In this document: one piece after another, positions 23,482 to 35,800 of the stretch
Numbering within the stretch: position 1 is the first letter of the stretch
Layout of the letters: every line of letters starts with the position of its first letter
Assembly (NCBI RefSeq): GCF_964355755.1
Contig: NC_092678.1
Span: 25,499,365 to 25,563,364 of the forward strand
Reading direction: 5' to 3'
DNA: 64,000 nt
DNA from: Antedon mediterranea
Lineage: Eukaryota; Animalia; Echinodermata
Made by a program: the position numbers and the translations under genes
The notes under the pieces: generated by a model
What the model saw: only the letters and a program-made list of their open reading frames with translations
What the model was told of the DNA's origin: nothing
Databases searched by the model: none

Positions 23482-25245
23482 ATGGCAGAGATGGATAATA
23501 CGTATATGGAAGTAATGACCAAATCACACACTCAAAATAAAGAGAAAGGAATGACCAAGTGTCAATATAGTGATGTTGATACAGTTCCTCCTGGAAAACA
23601 AGTGGTGGTGTACAGAAGCAACACCATGTTTCACTTGGTATTGCCGTTGCATGTGTCATTCTTGTATGTATTGTAGTAGCAGTTTTCAGTATGATGACTA
23701 TCCAGTCACATAAATCCTTCATTGAGCATCTTACAAGAATCGAAGTAAGCAGGTACAATTTGATTGAATACATTACAATGCCTAAAGGTAGGTTTTTTTT
23801 ATACTCTTTAAACACACCTTTAAACAGAAGTTAAACTTGCTGGGAACTTTTTTTTCCTCTTCAATAATGAACATGATTTACTTGATGTGTATAGAAGGCA
23901 GCTATACAGTAAATGCACTGCAACTTGTGGAATACCAGGCTCCTACTGTATTGGGTTGCGGTAAATGGGACTAAAATGTGCTCAGTCAAATTGTCCCAGC
24001 TTAGAGCTTCAATAGCAGTAGTTCATTAAACAAGCCAAGCAGAAGTGCATACAAAACGAAGACCCATGTTTTTTTTTATGTTATTCAAATGATAACAGGC
24101 TAACACAATAACACAATTTCGAACTTTTTCAGAAATTTGGGTGCGAGATAATCAAGGGTCTTCGTTTTGTACACATCTTATATGGGGGCATACAAAATGA
24201 AGATCCTTGATTATCTCGTACCCAAATTTCTGAAAAAGTTCAAAATTGTTATTTTGTTAGCCTGTTATCATTTGAATAACATAAAAAAAAACATGGGTCT
24301 TCGTTTTGTATGCACCCCCAAGCAGGACGTTGTGTGCTCTGTAATTGAATTGATTAATTGGTTGAATTTGAGAAATTAATACAAAAAAAATGATCGGCCA
24401 AATGTCAACCATCAAAATCAAGAATTGCAAATAATTTTGTATTAACATTATGAATCATTTTTTCAATTTATAGTTCATACTTTATACAAACGTTGGGGGC
24501 GCACGGATTGTCCAAGTACTGCTGAATTAGTATACAAAGGTATTTTAATAAAATATTATTTAAAATAAAATTGTATATTTTGAAAGAAAAATAATATTAT
24601 TTTGAATATTCATCAGTAAATGAAGATGATACTTTGTCTTTGCAGAACATTGTAAATTATAGGGCTTACCTATCAAGTTTTGAGGTAATATTATATTATA
24701 GCCCCAATATTTAGGGTTTATTTATTTTTCTAGGTGTGATGTCTGGTGCACCACATAATGATATTGGGAGTGGTGCAAACTATCTTTGTTTACCTCACCA
24801 ACCACGATACAATTTCACAATGGCGGGCTATCAATCCACAAGAGGATCAATCGCTGCTGTGGAATTCAGGGAATCATACAAAAACTTCAAACCAACAAAA
24901 GATCTCCATGGTGTAAACTTTCCTTGCGCCGTTTGTCAAGCTCCACGAAGCGTCTCGTTACTTTTGCCAGCGGATACTAAATGCCCAATTGGTTGAATTA
25001 CAGAGTTTAGCGGATACATGATGGCTTCTAGAAAGGACGAAACACGTGCAGAATACGTCTGTGTAGATAAAAGTCCATCTTACTTAAAGGGTTCAGATAA
25101 ACCTGATGGTGATGCGGACTGGGAAATGGCCAGCAGGCTATTTCCTGTTGAGGGCCGATGCAATGCAGAAGCTGCTGTTGGAGGGTTGCCTTGTCCACCT
25201 TATGTTGATGGTTACGAGTTGACTTGTGCAATTTGTACACAGTAA
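23482..25245 (+). pseudogene. C4-like type II membrane gene, copy 3, pseudogene (close paralogue of copy 1)
   Basis: Exons about 23482-23788, 24474-24539 and 24734-25245. A net 4-nt loss near 23608-23614 shifts the frame before the TM, and TGG>TGA occurs at 24994-24996. Confidence 0.88.
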
Positions 25246-26220
25246 TTTACTTGACTTTGACACTGTAATGGCGATACAGGTGTCATAGGGTCTTGCATGC
25301 CAATTTGTATCCTTCCTTTTTACTAGTTCGTTGCAAGGGGTCTTGCGCTAACTTGTGTAGTTTGCCAACTCTGTAAATAATAATGCTATTTCCAGGTGCA
25401 CTAGACTGCTATGAATTATTTCAAATGTTTTTTATATCTTGTATGTTTTCTATATCTACATGCTTTTCTTGCTTTGACATAACATTTTGTATACTATAAC
25501 ATAAACAAAGCTATTACAATTTCTGACACAAAACCACTATTTTCGTAAATCGTTTTTATTGTTTTACAATTGAGTATTTGTACATTTATATTCCATCAGT
25601 CAACTTTCGTAAAAATGTTGCAAGACAAAAATATAGTTTTGATATTTTAGCATTGTCATGAACATAGCCGTGTTTAAACCATCTGTATTAAGGGTCTTAC
25701 AACTGTTCCAACACGGAGCCACGTGAAAACAAAACACTGACGTTCGGTTTGATTTGCCAGCGCTGGAGTGGAACCGTGCCGAACGAGTGTGAACTTAAAT
25801 TATCGTACTGGAGCTAGTAGGCCTATACTTGTATCTTGTAGATGAGACCATCCATTTGTGTGCTTCGTACAAAATGATTTGTGATGTCATGATAGTGACA
25901 ACATGATTACAAACAATTATGTTGTTACTAATCTAACAAAAACAATAGATATAGCATACCAAACCAAAGGAATGCATGCTACTGTATGATTGCAAGGGGG
26001 AGGGGGGGGGGATTAAGCCATACAAAATAGTAAAGATAAAAAGCTGTACATCTCTGTCACAAATTATAATAAATCTGATATTTGATACATATATACTCTT
26101 AATTTATTTAGCAAATCTTAAAGAAAATTTCAACAATAAAACTCTTACAAATATATTTCTACCTTAAATTTAAAGATGCCACCACAGTTTCATAATAATT
26201 TTTACAAAAGTGTACCAAAG

Positions 26221-26353
26221 CTCTCTGTCTACAATGTCAAACTAGTTTGAAGTGTGATGTGCCCAAATATGGTAGTGATATGACATCATCATGTCCATAT
26301 ATGGGCACATCACATTTTTTTTGTCACATAAACATTGATAGTTTAGACAGAGT
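26221..26353. mobile_element. MITE family A
   Basis: CTCTGTCTACA...TAGACAGAG TIRs and GTGATGTGCCC / GGGCACATCAC inner arms. Confidence 0.75.
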
Positions 26354-26572
26354 TTAAACAATACATGTCTATGTAAATATACATATCTGAGTACAATACA
26401 ATTGAAACTACAATCAATTTCAGTGTAATATATTATTTACATAATACACACTTTACAAATAACAAGGTATACAAACAGTTAATTATGATTATTTAAATAA
26501 TTAATACAAAATAATAATTAAAAAAAAAGAACATAAAAATGAAAGAACTAGGATTTTATTGTAATAAATAAG

Positions 26573-26573
<1 letters not shown>

Positions 26574-26607
<34 letters not shown>
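26574..26607. repeat. (GATT)n microsatellite
   Basis: About 8 perfect units. Confidence 0.9.
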
Positions 26608-27353
26608 CTTTATTTTTCACACAACATTCATAAAAATATAAATAAAAAATTAAGTACAATAAAGTGTGAAAATCAGGATAACCACAGTTAGTTGCTTGTT
26701 TAAAAAAAGAAGAGCTACCATTCGTTTTAAATAAAAATACAAATTAAAATGACACGATAAAGCTATATTCACACATTCAGACAGCAAGCTTTTAGATTCT
26801 TTATATGTTTTTTTATTTAACAAGATGCAGTGTGAATTTAGCTTAATAATGCTAACAAATCCTTTCTCAATGTCAAAATACCGTCCTTAACGCTTGGTTC
26901 CACTTGCGCCGCAACATAACGCAATGCCCTTCCAATAATTGTGTTTGCCCCTGCCTGCATGAAATCAAAACTGCGATGTTTGTTGGGAACCATGCTTAAC
27001 ACGTTCACTGCCACGGCGTATTTATACGTCAAAAATTGCGTGTCGCTACTTGCCAAGACGTAATACTACGTCAAAATCGTAGCACTTTTGTATTGTATGT
27101 AGATCGCTGGCAGTGGTGACTGGAACAGGAATTATCGCATGGCAGTTTATGAATGATGTACATAAACGATAATCTAAAAATAAATGTCATATGTTTGTTT
27201 GTGTTTATTCCCTCATGCATTGAATATGGCGCCCTCACACTCAATATAATCATCTCAAACGGGACTTGTTGGCACTGGGACAGAAATTACGGAAAATGCC
27301 TTGGCAGTCAATGTGTTAAGGTCAATTTACACATACGACTGGTAATGGTAATA

Positions 27354-28346
27354 AACAAAGCGATGATGCGATTACTATTTTAAAAATTTAATGTTTATAG
27401 CAGAAATGTAGCTATAGTTTTAATTTACCATAACTATGGTAAGTTAAAATATTGAAACATTGGTTTTCTTAATTTATGTAATTTATTACATTGACTTTGT
27501 TGGTTTTTATATTACAAGTAATATGGATACCATTAACATATATCAATTTATGCATAGCGAAATTAATTAAGTTAACAGTGATTGAGAAAAAGTAGGTCCA
27601 CCTAGATTCGCACCCAGAATGCTTGATATAAAGATGTCCTACCATTAGACCATTATCATACATATGAAATATGAAATCACAAATTTAACAAAAAAATCAA
27701 AATTGTTTTTAAACCATGGTCACTTTTAACATAATTTACTTCACTAATGATTTATTTTCTCATTATTTTAAACTAAAATTACATTTTTTGTTAATGTTTA
27801 TATTTATTAAGAATATTTAGTTCTTACGATCCATTAAAAGTTCTTGAATATTTATTAGTCTTAAGTAAGGTCACAACTAATTTGCATATCAGGTGAAAAG
27901 TTGTTGTTGCTAATGCTTAGTCAAGCATACTACAGCCAAGCTAAGTACCACAGGCCTAGCTTTACTGGATATAATATGCATTATTTTTTACTGGAATTAT
28001 GGATATTTTTAGAATTATCATAATCTTAGGTGAGTTAAACTATTATTTTAATTATTATGAAGTTGTATGAATAATGTTCTTTATAATAAATTATCATTGT
28101 TTACAAGACTGTCTGAGGGTGTGCTTAGCCTGAGCTCATGCTTTGGTTGCTCACTGCTAGCTTACCACCACACTACCACCACCACTACCACCATCCACTA
28201 CTACTAAGCTCACAGCACAGCCTTTGGCAGCCTAGACTTCTTGGTCTTATTTTTTGTTCTAATCTAAAATATAGCCTTATATGTATGTAAGGGTCAGTGT
28301 TCTCGGTCTATATAATTTAAATATCAGGTGGTTTTTTAGGTAATAA
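27354..28346. repeat. About 1-kb dispersed repeat with an embedded tRNA-like segment; second copy at 41721-42836
   Basis: Both copies run from AAACAAAGCGATGATGCGATTAC to AAATATCAGGTGGTTTTT..GGTAATAA with unrelated flanks. Confidence 0.85.
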
Positions 28347-29058
28347 CATTTACACAAAACGCGGAGTGGACAGGCGGTTTTTTCGCTCAAAGTAGATACA
28401 GATTCGACGTGGGACAAGCTACGCGGTTTTTCGCTTACAGTTACCGCTCGTCTGTGTAAATTGCCTTTTGAACGACCAGATTATTTCTATATGAAACATT
28501 AGGTGTAAAACATCCGAGTTTACTCAAGTTTTCCCCTGAAAATGCAAGGATTTGTAGCTACAAAACAAAACAATAATAAAGAAAAGAAAATATTTACATT
28601 TCAATCATGCTAAAACCTATAATACACTATAAACATTATAAAAAACTGATTTATGAAATTAACAATATATTTCACTCTCTCCCCCGAATGTTCATGCCGA
28701 CATTAATGTTGTTTACACGCCGACGAAAAAACAAACACGAATGTAGCTTTGTAACCTGCAGTGATTTTATAAAGAGAATTTGAAGTAAAAAAAGAAAAAA
28801 AAAATGTCCTATACTGTACATTATAAACATGCTATTATTAAAACCATCTAAAAGTAGTATTATTTTTATATATTCCCATGTTTTATACAAAAAGACATTT
28901 TCTTCAAATAACTTAAGTTTTCATGTTATTGATGCTGTATAGAATTAAAATATTATTGTAATTAAATTATTATTTTATAATGTTCTCTTTAATATTCACA
29001 TTTTAAGTAATATACATCTCAACTACTAGTTAAAATTAAAATACAAACGTTGATCTTA

Positions 29059-29177
29059 AGTTCTGTCTACACTACCAAACTTTATGTTACAAAAAAATGT
29101 GATGTGCCCATATATGGACATGATGATGTTATATCACTACCATATTTGGGCACTAGTTTGGTAGTGTGAACAGAGCT
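29059..29177. mobile_element. MITE family A containing the left breakpoint of the segmental duplication
   Basis: TTCTGTCTACACTACCAAACT...AGTTTGGTAGTGTGAACAGAGCT; only its right part is present at 1770-1800. Confidence 0.75.
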
Positions 29178-29888
29178 TTAGTTAGCACCATATTGTACCT
29201 CTTTATCAATCACTGCTAACTATTATTTAATACTTATTGTACCAGGCTGAGTATTACGGTCTAGGATTATCTTTCAATTTTCCTCGACCTAGGGACAAGT
29301 GAGGTCAATTCATCGGTCGTCGTGTGGACCTAGAAACCAACAAATTTGCGTTACGAAGCGAGAAAGCATTTTTCCATGCATGCGCACAATGACTTAACAT
29401 AGGCCGTAGGTCGTCGCATATTTAGCTTCCTTGTAAACGGACCAATTACATTTAAATAAAACATAGTTGATCATTTGTATTGTAATCTATTTATAGTACT
29501 TGTATCCGTGACGACGTCTTATTGTTTGCATTTGATATTGGAAGTTTAATTTTAAAATAAATTTGGAAGCGTGTTTGTCATTTTAATTCAAACAGATTCT
29601 TAACATGATATATATTTTTTAATATATATATTTTTAAAAATATCAAAACATTTAAATGACATTGGCAATCAGAACAAAACAGAGTTTACATGTCTAGGCT
29701 GTGTGACTTACTGAAAATAAGTCTAAGCTAAAATCAATTGCATCTTTAACTTTTGGTACTTAAAAACATTTTTTTGTGTATATAATTACAATGGATTACA
29801 TTGTGTGTATCTCAGTGAGTCATAGTTATTAATAACCTTAATTCCAAAATCCTGCTTTGGTCCTAGAAGGAAATAAGTTAGGCTTGTG

Positions 29889-32800
29889 TTATAACGTACA
29901 TGCTCGGCCACTGTCGTCTGGGATGCCCTCCTGTAAATACGCCATCCACCTAAAAAGAGAATAATTTGTCATTATTGTTTAAAAATCATAGATGTTTTAC
30001 AGCAGATTGTCGTAAAGCTTTGTTCCCACTACGGCGCAATGCATGAACGTAGGCGCAATGCAAGCGAGTTGACCAATGACAAGTTACAGTTAATAATCCA
30101 TCGCTTGTGATTGGTCAGATCCCTTGTGTTTCTACAAAGCCTTAGTAACATACTTTTTGATATTTTGTACAAACATTTCAGAAAAAATAAAATGAAACAT
30201 CTCTACTTACTTCTTTTTAAGTTCTTTACATTCTGTTGATAAGTAGTAGATATTTTTACCAGATTTCTCAATTAATTTAAATGCAAATGGCCTGTCAATG
30301 ACGTCACCACTATCGATGTCAGATATATTATAAAATGATAACGGAATAGATACAACGGCACGGACATCCTGTACAAATAACAATATGAATTAATAGATCA
30401 AAATAAATTGTATGTTAATCAAGGAGAGTAAATGGGCACCGAACATATTCATAGTTTACTAGCAATTTTCAATAATTACATTCGCCGGAATGGCGAGAGC
30501 TTACGAGGTCAATTGTGTGTGTGCTTCTTTCTATATTTCTAAAAGTTATTAACCGATTTTCATAAGATTTTAAAGGTTGGTTTTATAGCTATATGGGAAC
30601 ATTATAGCATATTTTCATGTGCCTAGGCGAAGGTTAGTGTTCTCTTAGTGCTCTCTGAGTGCCCTCTTAGTGCTCTCTGAGTGCCCTCTTAGTGCTCTCT
30701 GAGTGGCGTTCTAGTTAAATATCGATTCATGTATTTCTCCAAGAACACTATATTATGTATAATCTTAATATTGGTGGAATTATTGTTTCTATTGTAAAAT
30801 TTACCTTGGGTGCGCGAACTAAGTGTAGATCCTCAGCGGTCACTACAGCCCACAGTTTGTTCCATCCGCTTTTTTGTTGTATAAACATTGTAGACCCAAA
30901 CAGAGTGTCTTCCTCCGTAAAAGATAACTAAAAGAAAATATTTATAGTATTAGGGCTATTTATTTAGATAAACTAGTTGTTCATTTTATCTAAAATCTCT
31001 TTTTTGTAGTCAGGTCTCTGTTGTGTTCACATGCATATTATATCCAGAATAGTTTAACTATCATTAAGCTCTGTCTTCACTATCAAAACTAGTTTGACAA
31101 AAAATGTTTGATGTGCCAAAATATGGTAGTGATATGACATCATCATGTCCATATATATATGCACATCACAATTATTTTATAGTGTGAACAGAGCTTTAGA
31201 CAGTTGTGTTCACACCCATTCTATCCAGCGATACGTTTTTGATCAACCAGTTACAATGAACTTATTGACGTTTGGTAGATACTTACTTTCTTTTCTTCCG
31301 GTGATAAAGGACTTTCCGCATCGATACCTTTCAGCTTTACATAGCATTTGCGGCAAACTCGGCCAGGCTTGTTGCTGTCGTATGCGAGCTCAGCCTGCTG
31401 ATTTGAACATCTTGAACATACCACCTTATAAAATAAACAATTTTAAATAATGATACTTTTGATAGACATTTGAATACCACCACCACAAACTATTAAGTAT
31501 CTACTGTAGAACCCCCTCTTAGGGACCCCCAATAAGGGGACACTTTCTAGTTAAATAAACAATGGATAATAGGTGTTTTAAAACTAGGGCCAACTCCTAT
31601 TCAGGGGACACCTCTCTTGTTGTGGTTTCAAAGGTGTCCCCTTACCAATGGTTCTACTGTATCTGCCAACCTAAATCCATTGGTATAAAACTAAGTAAGT
31701 GACTTACCACTCCACATGCTCTACAATGGTGTCTACGGCGTGTCAGCCCAAAATCAAGAGCACACCGCATACACATGGTTGCTTCGTCATCACGTATCCA
31801 TCGAGGCGCACGCAAACCGAGATGAAAACTATCCTCACCCGATTCGGTTACTGGCCGACTGTCCATCTTACAGAAAAAAATAAATAAAATTATTTTTTAA
31901 ACACAGTAAAAATAAAGTGCTCTATAAACACAACCAAAATTATTATTTCAATGTATTTTAAAATTGTAAAACAAATAGATTTTTAACAATTCTACATTGT
32001 ATAAATAAATCAAACTTACTTCATCTTTATCGACTGATAACGCTTTAAATGTTTCTTTTCTTCTTAACAATTCTTGTATTGCACCGAGTATTGCCTGAAA
32101 TAAATGTCAATCAAAGTTGGTGAATCAAATTCATGACTCAGAAATAGAAGGAGTAGGCACATAATACAATTTGCTGTTGGTAAATACAATGTATAAAGTA
32201 TCTTTCAAACCCCTGTTGCATCTGAACCTCTATTAAGGGGTGGGAAGATATTGGTTTGTGTAATTTAGGTATTTGTATAGCGCCAGAATTAAACTAAACT
32301 AAACCGAAGTAAAAATCAAAGGCGCTTATATTGGATGTTAAAAAGATGCGGTTTAAGTTCTTTTTAAAAAAAATAGCAATAGAAGTTGATTTAGTAAAAT
32401 GACGAAGGAGAGAATTCCAAAGAGAAGAAGCAGCAGAGAGGCCTCAGGCGTTTTTTAGCTTCTTTTACATATTCTAATGCCTGTTTTTCCTCTCTCATGG
32501 GCCCCCATGAGCTTCGAAGCGCCTGGGTTTAGCCAGTGAGCGCTCATAGCCGTTACACCACTGGAGGGATATCTTTGAGATACCTTCACAGTCCTTGTTT
32601 GTTTCTCAGGTATGTCTCCCCTTATTACTGGAATGTTCCAATGATCTTACCCTCATCCATGATTCTTTCTCATCATCTGAACTCCCTTGTAACTCCAAAG
32701 TCTTTTGTTTGCTCTCAAGTCTAAATGTATGGTCATATTTGCTGTTTTCTCCATCAAAAATCTAGAAATATTATACAGTTACATTATTACAAGTTTTACA

Positions 32801-35800
32801 ATACTACTTTATGTTTCTGAAGAAAAGTATAAAATACAACATTTTAGTTTTCCCATAATAATGGCATTTTGAAAAAGAAATTATAAAATTGAAGCTGGGG
32901 TATATCCTGTCTTTAATGAGGGTCGGTGGGTCAAGAAAGTTAAGTCATTAACTTATTAATATTGTTTAATATTTTATGAGGATAACAGGCAATCTAAACA
33001 TATTTTATAACTTTTTTCAGACTTTAGGCCGAAGAAAGAGAAACATAAAAAGGAGAAGCTACACATGGGCGATACCATACATCATTGAGGGCCTCTTCAA
33101 GTCAGCTGTACTGCTGTAGTACAACTGTTAAGGCTACCCTTGTAAAACATAGTTGAATAAATAAAATAAATAAATACCTTCATTCCATCGATGTCTAACC
33201 GAGCCTTCACTTTGTAACTTGACGTTCCTCCTGTGATTAGCTTTCGATTCTGAGTGCAGAACAGGACATCATTAAACTGAAATTAAAATCAATTGGTTAG
33301 TTCAAGAGGTCATGTTTAATTCCATGGTATAGTTTTAATTGCAAGCTTGGCTTTCTATTGTCGTATGTTTAATTCCATGGTATGGTTTTAATCGTAAGCT
33401 TACTGTTTGCGCGTTTGTAGAGATGGTGCGGACTAGCAAACTTAAGTACCACTTACCAGGAACAGATATCGTTCCTGTTGGTCACCACTTCTTGCTGCTA
33501 TCTTTGTGATCTTTCCTTCTTTCAAAAACTCTCTTGTGGGGTCGATGATGTCCTCACCGTCAATCATTTCATTAATCTTTAAAAGTTTCTGAAATTTATC
33601 CTAAAGAAAAAAAAATTATATGTAGACAGTTAAAAATAAGTTTATGAAGAAACAATTGACTTAAGTCAAAACTACTAGGATACTTAAGTTTATTACTTAC
33701 CATGCTTTTCATGAAATCATTGGAATGTTGGGCTGCTGCTGAGATTAAGTCAAGCGCTTCTGAAAAGACAATGTAACGTTACATTAAAGTAGTGTACTTT
33801 TACCACTCAACATTAATTAATAGTAGGATAATGTTAGAGGGCTTGTAGTGTATGAGCTTACATTAATGTTATTTCAAGTAAGTACTTAAAGTAGTGTACT
33901 TTTACCATTAAGTATTAGTCATTTTAATATTTCCGATTATGTTAGGGATCTATTAATTGTAGTGTATATAACTAGCACTTACTACAGGCATCTGTTTTAT
34001 CCTCTGAGTCTCCTGGAAGTTTTTTAAGGTAATCTGAAAAATTAAAAAAAAAGAATCCATATTTTCTATAAACCTCTAAACTGAACACCATACACATTTT
34101 AAGCATCAGTTAAACTTTCTTAATCTGTTTCATGCTGTTTTAGGCCTAATACGCCTCTCTCCACCCAGGTGTATAAATGGGAACCCTGTTAGATCAAGAC
34201 ACAACTTTGCGTTGATTACTAGCTGCATTATGGGAGTATGTTTCCATACGTGTTTGATCCAAAAAATGACTGGGGGTAATAATGTTCAGCGCTGAGAGGT
34301 TTCACAACATTAGGCACTATATTAATCCAGGATATTATTATTATTAGCAAATATAACAAAGGTTACTGACCTCTTAGTAACAATTGGTATCGTGGTACTC
34401 TCTGTACAGGTTCTAACATATGATGTTGTAAAGACAGATGATGGCATAATGGATCCGCCTGTTGAAGACAAAACAAGTAATATTACGAATAATTATATTT
34501 ATTGAAATATTTTAATTATACTGTGCAACCACTTCAATCAAAGATTGATCTTCCAGAGGGCCCAGTTATGATCAGTGGCTGTGATGTACTCCAGGGTAAC
34601 CCCCTACTCGTCTCAAAAAATGTACTAGGTTCTTTAAAGTGCACATGAGCTACAGTAGATGTGTACACTGGACTACGATTTATAGTCCTTATCCAAAAAG
34701 ACTCGTTCTACCACCAGAATCATGGAGTGAGTGAGCCTCGAACCCTTGCTGATGTTATGGCTACGTAATTCCACTGTCTTAACCGCTCGGCCACTCACTC
34801 ATTTAAATAAACATGCAATCTCAAAACAAGTTACAGTAGTCACATTCTTTAGACGCAGGGGCAAGAAAAAGAAAATAAAAATGACAAATGTTGGTTAGTA
34901 GCAATATATGGGTTATCTGTTGCATCAGAGATAGGTACTGACGACTGATCAATCGCCAATTGGCCGCAAAATCTGTTTCTGTTGACCATGTCTGCACGAA
35001 GATGTAATTGATTTTTGGTTTAATTTCAAGGTTGTAACATTAAACATTATCTGCTGATTAAGCCAGTCTTCATGTCTCTGCAGTTCTTCTTCTTAATAGC
35101 TTTCAGTTTTTATTATATATCGGCTGCCAAATCAATTTATGAAGCACATGCTTGCAACCACTAATGCGTTAATGACACATTCGGATATGTCAATCAGTCA
35201 ATCATCAACGCCTGTTATAATGTTATTTGGGTTAAGAAAGGACATAAGTCATTGCACATTTGCGTGTCATCTGCATGTTTGTCAAGGAAGACTGAAAAAC
35301 AGACAACTGGCCAGAAAAAATATATGATTCACATAATTTTCTATGAAACTAAATCAAAGTACACTAGTACTAATCAAAACTGACGCATATTATTCCCTCA
35401 AAAACTAAACCGATTCTCTTTTTCTTTTTATAAAAAAAAAATGTCTTTGGATTGAATAATGTTGAAACTTCCTTATATAACTTTCCTCTTCTTATCAGAA
35501 TCAGAATTGTTGCCAATTTTTGGTATACAATTATTATTGATGATAAATAATAAATGAAGGGTGCTTGTACAAGTGCTCTGAAATTAATTTGAGGACTTGT
35601 TGTAATTTATTACTCTTAATGAGTTCTACATAAATCATATCTAAATGATAGGCCTACTAACTTCTTGTGTTATTAATTCTGTTTGCACCGACAATTTTTC
35701 ACTTATTAAGTAAAGTATTTTAATTATTGTAAGAAAGTTAAGTCGCATTTTAAAGATAAATTTGGTATTGACCACGGTATTTTATTTTTTATTATTTAAT

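Noticed and set aside
24994-24996. In-frame TGA as selenocysteine or readthrough
   Set aside because: It replaces a conserved Trp (TGG), and the gene also has an upstream frameshift.
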